Made by a program: the position numbers and the translations under genes. The notes beneath the pieces were generated by a model, which did not search any database, had not been told where the DNA came from, and was given only the letters and a program-made list of their open reading frames with translations. A stretch of 64,000 bases of DNA from Amphiscolops sp. MND2022. Taxonomy: Eukaryota. The stretch lies in contig OZ076409.1 of the NCBI GenBank assembly GCA_964187785.1, positions 15,874,001 through 15,938,000 of the forward strand. Direction: 5' to 3'. Position 1 is the first letter of the stretch. Each line of letters starts with the position of its first letter. Below, in pieces: positions 11,196 to 22,800 of this stretch.

Positions 11196-13540
11196 TGGTT
11201 TTCGGGCTTGGTCGCGGTTGGGGCATTCGCGAGCAAAATGTCCGTTTTGCCCACAGTGAAAACAAGCACCTGCCGGCGCTCGGGCGGGAGCTAGGACAGC
11301 GGGAGCTGGGGCATTTGGGGGGGGGGCGCCGGAGGTGGCAAGACGCCCTGCGGCATGACCATCTTATTCGGCGGCAGTGGTACGAAGGGATGAGGTCTAG
11401 ACCTCATAGCTAGTCTGGGATCATAGGTTTGTTGAGGTTGGGTGGGTCTGGGACGATTTCGTTGCAGCTGACGCGTGGTGAATCGCAAGGACTCTACGGT
11501 AGGGGGTTCGGTAAGAAAAGTCTCCGAGGCGTATACTATGGCAAGTTCACGCCTCAATACTGGATCTCGCACACCTTCCATGAAGCGCTGCAAGATTTCA
11601 TAGCGCTTGGTAATGATACTTTCTTGCGGGAATCCTTGGCTCCTGAGACCCTCTAAAGCGTCTAAGTACTGCATCCAGTCCTCTTTTTCTTGTTGGACGC
11701 GGCTTTGGAAAGTCTGCCGCACCTGCATACGATTTCCTCCCGCGCCAAATCGGCTAGATAGCAATTCGAATACCTTCTCGGGGGTGTCACGTTCAGACTG
11801 AGCCTTGTTGATGATGTAGTTGCGAGCCTCACCCTCGAGATGACCAATAATGCTCCAGGCCCGATCTTCGGCCGAGACTTTGGTTTGGACTCTTTTCAAG
11901 TATCGCTGCATCACCAAGATCCAGCCATCAATAGACCCGTCCTTAGAGCCGCGATACACACTGGGTTTGGTTTGAGCCAGGTCACGTCCCGCAAGCAATG
12001 GTGCTAGTTCTTTGGACATCGCTTTGGAAATGGCGGCAGTGAATCTCAGCTGCTCGGGAGAGATGACCTCAGCCTCTCCTTCCTTGGGTGCCACTTCGTC
12101 GGTACCGTCGTCACTGCCATGTGTGGCTCGTACTGAGAGGTCCGCTATGTCTTCTTTCTAGCGAGTGCTACTCGCACAAGGAGCGCCCGAGGGCATTCCG
12201 TCCTCGGCTGTCCAGTCGGCGGTCAGATACAGGGAGTCCGTTCCAGAAGCCATGGTAGGGGCCGTCGCATACGCAGCTCCATCAGTCTGGGACCCTAGTG
12301 TGGCCTTGGTACAGGATAAATCAACTTCAGTAGAAGAATCTAGATAGATAGGTGACATTGGGTCCACACCTTGGTCTCGGGTGGTACTTCGAACTACGGA
12401 GGAGGTTATTTGACTCATCGAAGAGGAGTCGTGGGGCCCTCTCACCTGCACCCGTGCAGGTTTACGCTCCACATCAGCCATGATGAGTACGGGGTCCCTG
12501 ATTCGGGTTTCAGGCGCCGTCGACTTGGAAGTGCCAGGCTTCAATGCACTCGCCAGCTCGGGTTTCGTTGCCCGACCCAGGTGCGACGATTCCGGAATCT
12601 TAGTTGAATCCGCGACTGGTACACCTTCACCGGCACCAGATTGTCGTGGGAGGGACCTCTCGCGCCTCATGATGTTGATAGCGTTGAGCACAGTGTGCAT
12701 TTGGTTACTGAAATCATTGATCTGGGTTTCCACACGAAGTTCACGGGCCATTAAAAGGTCATTCATCTCACCCATTCTGTGGCCTAGTGCATCCACGCGA
12801 GCGCTCTGCGTATTCTGCGCGGTTCGCAGTTGATCACTGACCTGCAATCCTTCTCGCATCGTTGTCTGCAACGTTCTCAAATTTTCTGCGATGGCACGAT
12901 GTTGATCATTGCACCCAGCACGAGTGCTGGCCAGTTCAGCTAAGGCACGTTGGGTCTCAGCTTGGGCGTCCAATATTGCGGCTTTATACACCGAAGATCG
13001 TTGGGATGACGCCACTGAACCTGCCACGCTCCTCGTACGAGGCGCCTCAAACTGATGTTCACCTACATTCATCATGGGTGGTCGCACTCTCTTGTGTTTG
13101 CCATAGGCACAAACTCGAGTGCTACCTCGAGTGACTCCAGACCCCTGCGGTCTCGCATAACTCGTGTTCCCCGTGTAGGTAAGATCTTCGTCCACCATGA
13201 TCTGTAGGCGGGAGCTCGTCTTCTCTCCCAGGGGTGCGCGAGAGCACCCTTCCTCAGCTGCAGGTTCGTTGGTCATGTTTGAGTTGGGCCACTCCTCTTC
13301 TGCTTCATTGGTTCTTTCACGGCAGGTTTCATCGACCCATTGCTCGGTTCGACGAGAGCTTCCAGATGCAACGGAACCCTCAGAGGGAGGGACCATGGCG
13401 GCCAACTCCTCTTTGCGTTGTTGCTCGATAGTGACTTCGTCAGACATTTCGTCTGAAAAATGCGAACTGTCCATTGTGGATCCCATAGTCACCCATGACC
13501 GCGAACTCATGTCAAGCCTTTCCAGGCCTGGTAGGACCAT
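11196..13540 (-). pseudogene. gag: Gag (long N-terminal region with predicted coiled coil, capsid-like domain, CCHC zinc knuckle)
   Basis: ORFs 12158-13774 and 11291-12094 share a frame across one TAG; capsid-like HLEGEARNY...FQSRVQQEKE; after a shift in the G10 run at 11317-11326 comes CFHCGQNGHFAREC (~11222-11264). Confidence 0.88.
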
Positions 13541-14760
13541 TACGTACGATACCAATAGCAGAGCAAGTGTCAACAACTCGGGCGCCGCCTTTAATGAGAT
13601 CTCGAAGGACGCGGGATTTGTCGAGTCGCTGTTAGCTCTAGGCTCGTCTCGGTGTGGACTTAAGAAAATTACTGCTTCACAATGTCCCAAATTTCTCGAA
13701 ATGCGTTTTAAGGCTCGTAGGCTGCTCAAATTCGCACAGCGCTTTCCCACCAGCACACTGGGCCAGAAAATCAACCTGGTTTGGGGCCAAAAGTCTCCAG
13801 TCGTTTACAGGAAGAATTTCAAAGAATTTTTGGGTTTTCCGAAAATCGCGCAGCAACACTCAAGAGGCTCGTGTGTGCACTGGAAACGCCGTATCAAGCT
13901 CTAAATTGACCAGCGGATCTTAGGTACACGTAGGTTTGCGACAGTGAACACAGTTTTGAGCTGCGCCCCTTCTACACAATTTCACCTAGGTACAGACGTG
14001 CGGTACCACTATGTACCCAAATACGCTGTTTTTCACGTCTTTTTCAAGATTGCGGTACACTGGAAAAAGCTAGTAAGCTCAAATTTTCTGCAGCAACGCA
14101 GGAACTAGCACAGGTTACAATGGTGGGCTGCAGTATAACCCCACCCGCCAGCTAAGGTGCCCGGGTTACTCGGAAAAATTAAGAAAAAACTGCCTTTTTG
14201 CACACCTTTTTGGGTGCCACGTTTTTCCTATTTTCTCAACAAGTATCACACAGATCGGCACTAAACTTAGTAGTTTATGCCAGTGGGCACCTACAATGCC
14301 ACTGATATGGTCGAATTGAAGCGCAAGCGCTTATTTGAGGTTTCGACCCGGTCTGGACGTTACACACGAAAAAATACTGTTTTTGACTACTTTTTTCACA
14401 AATTGACCAAGAGGATCACCTCAGAAAGTGATACGGCGGGCAAAATGGGACCAACGTGTTGCCCCACTATCCGTAGCACTGGGATAAACCCTCAATTGGT
14501 TATGCCCGTTAGATATAAGGCACTGACAGTCCTGCAGTTTTGGATTTTTTTGGTCCTTTTACGCTTCTCTGAGGTCGAAACGTCAGAGAGCTTTTCTCGA
14601 CTTTGGTGAACGACACGCCCACCAAATTTTCGGCACTAACGTTAATTTTTGTGGTGGTTACGAAAATGCAACCACTCTTTGGCTAGGGTTCAGGAATCGA
14701 TGACCCGACCCTAACTCAGAGACAGTCCGATTTTGTGGAAAATTGATCAAATTCAGTGCG

Positions 14761-15032
14761 TTTTTCCACTTTTCTCAGCACTGAAAAGGAATTTTGCACG
14801 CGGTTTTCACCACAATGCGTTATTTTTACTATAAAAACAGAAAATGAGAGCACGAAAGCTCCTGGCTAACAAAAAGACAGAGTGCCCAGGGGGTTTTTAT
14901 TGTGTGCTCGGACACTCCTGAAACTAACTAAAATTCAAGGTTTTTCAACTTTTCTCGACGCTAAAAGAGAATTTTTGCACGCGGTTTTCACCACAATGCG
15001 CTACCTTTATTGCAAAAACAGAAAATAAGAGC
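14761..15032. repeat. ~90-bp direct repeat pair in the retrotransposon leader
   Basis: 14761-14851 and 14941-15032 share TTTTGCACGCGGTTTTCACCACAATGCG and flanking AAAAACAGAAAAT-AGAGC. Confidence 0.85.
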
Positions 15033-16211
15033 GTTCAGACTCGCTCTGTTCCACTAAGCTTCGCTCTCAAGACTTTCAGACAATGCACTTTCTATGCCTG
15101 AAAACGCCTCAAATTACAGGTTTTTTGCACCGTGTCAGCCCCAGGCTGCCTGAATCCGCTGCAAAAGTTGCAGTTAGTGTCCTGCGGGATTGCTACGCTT
15201 GAAAAAACACCGTACACTGCTTTTTCACACTTCTACACAAGTGTACGCCTGTGTTTTTGGGTGCCTTTTTGGTCAAAATTCCATTTTTTTTTGCAATTTT
15301 CTGGTGCTAAATCGGCACTTTTATCACAACCAAAGGCAAAACTGCTGCCTTCTGTGCCTCGCACCAGCTTTCTCGAGCCTTGCAGCTGCTTTTTGCAACA
15401 CTTTTCACAAAGTTTTCCTGGTTCCGCTGAGCACAAGTGCTCAAAACCACGAAAAACACCAAAAAAAGGCAAAATTAGGGTTTTCTCACGCAAGTGCTAT
15501 CTTTTTTGCAGAAAAGCACTTCGTAGGGTGTCGTTACATCTACAACAAAACATTACTGACCTGCACCAACGATTCCCCGTCGAAAAAGGTGCATTTTCAA
15601 AATTTTCACCGACCATGAGCCATTTGAGCGACGCGTCCGGTCACAGGGGGTGCATCTTCACCACGCTTTTTCTCCACATCCAGACCAGATAGAGACACGC
15701 GGTTTGGACCATTAGCATCGTCTGCAATTGCACTTGCTGTCCACCAAAAATCATACCTCTAGGACGTCTCCACGAGAAATGGGAGTAGAAAGTAGGCAAC
15801 ACACAATTTGACTTCCCCTTCGCCTCGCTGGTTCACGGTCAGCCATCTACCAGTTACCTTCTTGCATGGCATAAAATGGCTGAAAATAGCTTGCAAAACC
15901 TGTTAAACACCCGTAGCCACGTGCTACGGTCTTCTGCACCTGCAAAAAGATACCCGCTGATGGGCACACAACACATCACACAAAAATACCGATTTCCTTC
16001 CAAAACACCTAAAAATGCCATTTTCGCACCTGAAAATGTGATTTTTTCGGGTTTTCTCTGGTTCAACGCCTCTCCCAGTTCCAGTAGAATGTCGCACGAC
16101 TAAAAAAAGGTAAAACTCTGCTTCTCTCTCCTTTTCCAGAGTCGAAACGGGCTTGGCGCTGATCACCAGGCCAGATCTTTTAAAAACCGCTCGGGAAAGC
16201 TTCCCAAGACG

Positions 16212-16229
16212 ATCCCTCTGTGGTCGCCA
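16212..16229 (-). other. Primer-binding site, tRNA-Arg-like
   Basis: Minus strand TGGCGACCACAGAGGGA, near-complementary to the ...TCCCTTCGTGGTCGCCA 3' end of metazoan tRNA-Arg(TCG) as I recall it. Confidence 0.75.
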
Positions 16230-16244
16230 AAAAATGAGTTTCTA

Positions 16245-16957
16245 TGTAACGATAAGCGCTGGCGCTTGAACCGCAACGTAGAGTGGAGGAACTAGAACAG
16301 CGAATATAATCTGGGACTTAGATCTCCGCGGCCCTAGCTCATTTTCCCTCCGAAGGAGCCAGTCCCAAGGTGGGGGAACCGTCTTGTTGGAAACTCTCTG
16401 GCCTGGTCCTAGTCTGTAACTGCTAAAAGTAACGGGCATCTTGCATGTCTCAAGACCACTGCTCAATTAGCCTTTAAAAAGGGGGCTGAAAACAGGAGAA
16501 TGTTGAGCCATAGTATTGGAGAATCTGATAAAATCGACATCAAAATGGGTAACTATAGATGTTAAATGGGCAGCTCTCGAGCATATCAATCTACTACAAT
16601 AAAGAAAGCACAACAAGCATAATAATATCAGAAGTTTGAGTTATTTGACAGGAATCGACCATGGCTTCCCAGCGCTAGCGCTCGTCACCGCACAGGACAC
16701 CGCAGGATCTTCAGGCGAGCATCCGGAACACATCCGGAACTACCAATGTAGTGTTAATTCCGAAGATGGGCACATCACCGTGTTCTAGAGACTGATTTCT
16801 ACGTCTTTTTTGTCGTCTCCTTTCGCGGGGGGGGGCGATTTCTGCTTTTCTGATATGCTTTTCTGACAGGTCTTTCGTCTTGAGCATGTTTGAGTGCCAC
16901 GTCAGATTTGAACGAATTTTTGCTTCGAAAATTTTGACATGGGCAGTTGCCGTTACA
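16245..16957 (-). repeat. 5' LTR of the giant Gypsy (713 bp)
   Basis: Terminal inverted repeat TGTAACG...CGTTACA; adjacent PBS; homologous LTR at 27704-28415. Confidence 0.85.
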
Positions 16958-17871
16958 CTTTTTTGAACCTCAGCCTCCTCTTCAAAATTGGGATATAGCG
17001 CAATATTTCTGGATGTCCTCTTTTGTGAAATGCAAAAGCACGAAAAAAAAATGCTGGCTGAAGTAGAGACTCGAATTTGCGACTAGGTTGGTTAGTCCTA
17101 GTCCACTAAACAGATTAACTCTAATCCAAATGTAGTACATACAGGAAGAGATCTGTGGTCTGACGAAAAAATGGCGAAAAAACGAGCCATTGTGAAAGTA
17201 AGCTTCCATTTCAAATTCTTAAATTTCATTGACTGAGTAAACTCTCTAGCCTTTTTTTGAGATGCAGGACAATGTATAATCCTTTTCCAATACAATACGG
17301 TATGAATAGCTGTTAAAATCAAGAAGGGAAAATTTGCGTCTCGTGAGGAAATTTTGTGACATCATCTTTAGATCCTTTTTTCTGAAACAACATCAGAAAC
17401 TGTCTTCGAAAGTGACTGCTGGCCAGCACATAGGAGAAGAAGTTCCAGGAGTTGTTGCAGCATGACAAAACACCCTGGAAAATGAACATATAGAACACAT
17501 GATACAAATACACTGCGGTTATTTTTTGGTAAGGATTTACGTTTTAACTTTAGTTTAACGATACTGAATTGCCTGCAAAAAGTATACTTTTCGTCGACGC
17601 TTTTTGGAATACGAATTGCCCGATTCATACAGTCGCAAGCTTTTTGTCAGAGCAAAGAACTTACACTGAATATTCCATTTTTACAGACTTCAGGGGTAAA
17701 TTCTACAGCGGTACCCAAAGAAGCAAAAAACCTACTGTTAACTTTGATTTTTTCTCAGTTTTCCATACATCCCCTTAGGGTCCCCCTTCAAGTTGTTTGA
17801 CACAGTACGACTTTTTCGGGAACAAATGACTTGACACAGTGTAACGAGCAAAAGACGTTACGGGTAATTAG

Positions 17872-18690
17872 AACAAACGGGGAACGGCCCAAGTTAGCAC
17901 CCGCTCAAGGTTCAAAAATGTTAAGTTTTTTAAATATACAAAAGGACACTATTGTTAAAATTTCATTAAACTTTCAGTACCGAAACATCCCTGAAAGGAT
18001 GTGCATAAGACTCGAAAACTGGTTTTTCCCCAACTTGAGACAAACAAAATCCATCTTGCCCAGCCGAAAACCTCTCAAAAACAAAAAATGGAAGAAAAAC
18101 TGTTCGGAATTTTTCAGAAATGTCTCCTGTAAGTCGCACAGTGCCGAAAACCTTGAAAAATCCTCGATGCTCGCAAAATTTTTAGTTTCTAGGAAAAATT
18201 GAAAGAGGCTTAGATAAAGAACAAATTGGAAAAAACGTCGCATAGTACCGGAAAAACGCCGGGCTCAAAAAATTTGGATAGTATCGAAAAAATTATTGGT
18301 GAATTTGTTTTGAGGAAACTTAATATTAGAAGAAAAATTAGAACTTTGTGCCGTCTCATAGTGCCAAAAAATCCGAAACATCCTATTTTTAAACATCCAT
18401 TCGGTTGCAAAATTTCAAAAAATTAAGAGGGGACACTTTGGACACTTCAAAAAATCCCGAAAAAAGTCTCACAAAGCCGAAAAAGGAGGAAAGACCCATA
18501 GGGCCGAAAGAAGTGGAAATGTTAACCTTTCTGCTTTAGAATGACTTTGTATATAACGTTAGAGAGTTTGAATGCGTTCAAAGTCAAATACTGAGCACAT
18601 TTGGTAATAGTGTACAGTGCAGAAAAAGTGGACCATTCCGACTAACAAAAAAACTAGTCACTGTTATAGTCGGGCTTTTTTCCAAACTTC
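17872..18690 (-). mobile_element. HINE/DINE-1-like repeat copy (truncated) in a GPCR A intron
   Basis: Begins AACAAACGGGGAACGGCCCAAGTTAGCACC..., ends GTCACTGTTATAGTCGGGC, matching the other copies. Confidence 0.65.
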
Positions 18691-20408
18691 CAAATTTGAA
18701 TACTATCGAAACTTACAGCAAAAACATTCAGCAATTTGTTGAATTGATATTGGCGATGGGTGACAATTTTAACACCGGCTGATGTGATGAGAACACTGCC
18801 TATTCCCAAGTTCATGACCAAGAAACATACTGAGACAAGAACTAAAGAAATTGTAATCTCTCGCTCCTTGCGGCTCACTTTTCCTTCCATTCTTCTCAGC
18901 TTGTACACTATCAAAATATTCGATGTTAGGATGCTCAGAAACGGAGCCCCGATTAGCCCTACCAACACGATCCATGTCACGTAGGCATGTCTCTGTTTCT
19001 CAGTCAGAATATCATCTCCTATCATGGAACACTCATCTTCATGGATATCGTAGATTGCGAGAACAGGAGAACAGGTATGCACACGAAAGCACTGACGCAT
19101 TCCACGAGAATGGTTGTTCCTACTGCAATGCTGGATTTGCCGTACATTTTGTAGTTGACAGGTACCCAAAGAGCCAACACGCGATCAATTGTCAGAAATG
19201 CGAGTATGTAGTTAGCTGCAAAATACATATTGATTTCATAATGACACGGTACAGGCTTCATGGTGGATAATAGGTTTTGAAACTATACAGCAAGGCAAGG
19301 AGTATGTGGACAATCGAAAAACAAATTTGCGAAATTACGTTTCAGGTCGACATTTAGCTTCATGAAGAAAATATTAATACATTCAAGTGTTTGTTGACAG
19401 CATTAACTTATATGATTCAACCGTAAAAAGAGTTTATGGCTGTTGTGTACTGATAATGAAATCACCGTTTCCTAGTCGTTCCCTAGTTGTTTCTTAATTT
19501 AACGTTTTTCGTAGTAATTCGAGCCGAAAGAAGCAATGCATGCCACGTAGCCTAGAGGTTAGGTTGGGTGGTTTAGTAGTAGTAGTACGCGTGTTCATAT
19601 CCTGCGAGGACTAAGAAGATCACATTTTCCTAAATTGGAATTTTTCACTTAGGATCAAATTAAGGATTTTTTGTTTCTTGAAACACACAGAAAAAGGGTA
19701 AACAATTCAAGTGCGAAAATTGGAAATAGTTCGTTTCAACATAAAGATTTCATGTTTACTTTTTCACAAATAGACTGTTTCAATAATAAATACCGGAAAA
19801 CACGGAAAAACTTTGTATTCTCAAACATATTCTGACACGAACTAAAATTTTTCATTTATTTCCAAATGCTTGAGAGGATAGTCTCTACAGTTGCTTTGAC
19901 ACTTCGAGTAAAAATTGGCTCTGGTGATTGCAAACGTTTAATTTTTCTCTCTTCCTTGTATTTTTTAAACATTTTTTCAGGAAAGGAAACTTTTAGTTTC
20001 AGCCAAAAGCCAAAGTTTATGCCGGTTTCTCTGCGTGGTGACTGGAAGCAGATGTTCGTGGGTTTGCGCTGGACCAAAAAGAAGATCAAAGGGTCCACAC
20101 ATTGTGTTTTTGCACTGTGCAACTTTTTTTTCGCAAATTTGTCACATTGACAAATTTTTTGCCTATTTGATTTTTGTATGTTATTAGTAATCAAAAAGCA
20201 TCTTGCGGAAACGTAATGTCACTCTTTTGGATTTTTGGGTACTCTGTGACTTTTATCGTAGGGCTTTTCAACCCAAAAGGGTTTTTTTGATGTTCTCAAC
20301 TTAAGACATCCGTTTTTCGAGTCACAAAGTTACTTCTTATAACATCTGACACAAAAAAAATATTACAGTGCCTGTTTGTTTATTCAAAACTGGCTATTTT
20401 AATTTCAT

Positions 20409-21536
20409 AACGTTTTGTCTTTGAGCACTGTGGATAAATACGCCAAAGAAAAGCTTCGGCATTTGTATGGAACTTGCATAAAAAAGAGAGAAATTTAAAA
20501 ATGAAACCTATGTGTAACATTTTTGTCAGTTTCATACTGGGCACTTTTCTCAAGGAAATCAAGATGTTTCCAATTTTGCATAAAATATTATTTTTTCTTT
20601 TCCGGTATTATGATCATGGACGCAAAATAAGAACAAAAAATGACTATTTTGAAGCCAGGTCTCAACAAAGCACTTAAAGTTAGTGTTTTTTTCGCATATA
20701 ATAATTTTCAGAGACTGGATTGATCAGCCAGAAAGAAGACAGCTAAATTGGCAATTGAACTGGTTCAGTGACACCATCTTTTTCTGGATGCATTTGAGGG
20801 AAAAGTCTCAGGAAACAAAAGTACCAGACAGTTTGATTAAAATACCCTGTGCATCAACGAGCAACTTCAATCCAAACTTTTGAACCCGCTTTTCGTACAT
20901 AAAGTCAGCCGTGATAGTTTTCTAAACTTTCTATTACTGAAAACATTAAAACATGCTATAATGCATCAGGAGCACTGTACTTCTTATTTGCATCTAATAT
21001 AGATTCATTTTTTTTAACAAAAATTGTCGTTTTGTTTTTAAATTTTTTGTCCGCAGAAAACATCATATTCCAGGCTCAGTTTTTAAATTCAATCAACTGT
21101 TCAAAAAATGTGTTCGACATAAACATTTCCAACAACTGTAATGGATAGAAGTTGAATTTTAACAACTTCTCGATGACTTCTTGTTCTTTCCTTGATGTTG
21201 ACAATTCAACTTTGTCAAGGGTAAGGTTACGGGCCCCATGTACATATTGACTTACCTCCAAAAGAAGTCGCACTTGTGAAATAGAAATGTATTTTGCACG
21301 TGTAGCGGTTGAGAGTGATCAGTGGGAATTGGAAAAGAGCTGAGCCAGAAGCAATGAGACCATCCAAGAAGACAGACGCCGAGTCAGCCAAGGCTAGACA
21401 CTTGATGAACATAGTACCTGAAGTCCTATTCCCCAGGCGAGAAGCTGTGAGATACGCGAAGCAGTTGCCAGTTAGACCAATGATTGCTACCACCAGACTG
21501 AGACACCATCCAATGTAGATGCCGATCTCCAGATCT
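20409..21536. repeat. ~1.13-kb near-identical duplicate of 53389-54516 (GPCR exon plus intron)
   Basis: Direct comparison shows only scattered differences; the ORF track gives identical translations for 21076-21273/54056-54253 and 21309-21518/54289-54498. Confidence 0.95.
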
Positions 21537-22342
21537 AGGGTGAATACCTCAGCAAATTCGGTAACATTGCTGGAATCTGGACCAAAAATCAAACACTAAT
21601 TGCACGAAACTTTTCGATATAATCAATTGTGCAGCAGATATTAATTTTCAAATTTCACCACCGTTCCTTACTTATCAACTTTGCAATCGAGGAAACTCCA
21701 ACTTTTTAGATTTTTAAGGCAATTAGCTTGAGGTTCGTTTGGCTTGAGGTTCGTTGCATGACTACCCTGAAATGAGTTTTTGACATGTGTCCATGAGTCC
21801 ATGACATCCATACTTTCAATGCTTCCATGCATGGTATTGTTTTCTTCCATAAATGAACTCATACTATGAACATACCTGAACACAACCTATCAATAAAAGC
21901 TATGATAACGGTGTTTATATTGAAAACCGTCAATTCTTCGCGTGGGTACTCCAGTAACTTTAAGAGGGAACTTTAAAGCATGATTTTTTCAAATTGAAAA
22001 TTATGTTTCTTAAATTACCTTCGTGCAAACCTTTTTAAATTACCTTTTTCTCAACATGACGCTGACGATCGCTTGCAACTATCTCGGTTTTGAATGAAAT
22101 TCTGAGTTTCGGTTGCTTGAAGGTACTTTTGTTTCAAATAAGAAACCATTCAAATGTGTGCTATCTTGAGATTCCGCAAAACGAAGTTAAAATTTCAATA
22201 GATCAAAATTTCACACTATAATGGAAACCTGTATGCAAATAAAGTTGTTAAACTGGAGGAAATATTGATATTTTTCATAACGTTTGAAAGAATTGAAAAG
22301 TATTTTCAATGTTTCTAGTTTGTGAAAAAAAAATCTTTTCTT

Positions 22343-22800
22343 ATACGAACCAGCAGGTAAAACAACCCCCTTCATTTGAATTAGTTTTGACTGAATGAAT
22401 GAGCTTCAATTGACGATGCTTTTTTCAACCATGAAAAAATAGAGGACAATTTGTTCACCAATTAGTTGAAAATTCGACTTGAGCTTTATATTTGTCAATT
22501 GAGTTTTCTTTACCAAGAAATGACGTTTTTTGTTAGATAATTTGCCCCACTTGGCGCTGTCAACTACTCATGTTCTGCGAAAAGATGCCTTCCAAAACAA
22601 AGAGAGGGGGGGTTCCTTATGTTCCTCTTGTAAGAGAATGAAAATTGACAAAAATCTTCATTTTATTCAATTGTTTCGTATTCAAACATTCAATACGACG
22701 AACTGAATTTATCACTGAAGAGTCTTGTTGTTTTTGTTATACAAAATACGTCCCTTTCTCGGGCGGTGTCCCAAATCAGAACGTGCGTTAGAACGATGAG
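22343..22800. repeat. Diverged non-coding block homologous to ~37131-37550, upstream of GPCR A and B
   Basis: Shared ATACGAACCAGCAG, TTCATTTGAATTAGTT, AAAATTGACA-AAATCTTC, TTCGTATTCAAACA, CGGGCGGTGTCC. Confidence 0.75.

Larger units (their letters stand above)
1..16957 (-). mobile_element. Giant Ty3/Gypsy LTR retrotransposon (>17 kb, 3' end outside window), decayed copy with accessory domains/ORF
   Basis: 5' LTR with TGTAAC...GTTACA termini, PBS, then gag, PR, RT (YIDD), RNase H and INT in Gypsy order on the minus strand, plus an extra downstream ORF open to position 1; visibly GC-richer than the flanks. Confidence 0.95.
17319..21576 (-). pseudogene. Rhodopsin-class (peptide-receptor-like) GPCR paralog A, frameshifted; exons ~21576-21256, 19215-18717, 17474-17319
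   Basis: TM1 GLTGN, TM2 LALAD, TM3 LTIDRV, TM7 NNSWNFFSY, helix 8 FRRQF; GT/AG junctions match paralogs B and C; middle exon is 499 nt versus 491 nt because of an 8-bp duplication. Confidence 0.85.

Noticed and set aside
8154..12160. In-frame stops (12158, 10770, 8154) and the G10 shift as programmed recoding
   Set aside because: They fall inside domains or before the zinc knuckle and are explicable as single C-to-T changes or homopolymer slippage; no conserved recoding context seen
220..13923. Many plus-strand ORFs of 60-245 aa over the giant element
   Set aside because: Antisense shadows of a GC-rich minus-strand coding region; no recognisable motifs
15132..16166. Small ORFs in the leader, including weak IAD..N.P...L.G.D similarity to 27068-27316
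   Set aside because: Interrupted by stops, and the similarity is too short to distinguish from chance
19540..19620. tRNA gene candidates (also ~31725-31745 and ~60400-60470)
   Set aside because: Only partial A/B-box-like motifs, no cloverleaf; at most degenerate SINE heads
21668..21883. Possible first coding exon of GPCR A
   Set aside because: Its donor is phase 2 whereas the acceptor shared with paralog C is phase 1; no counterpart seen in B or C, so unresolved
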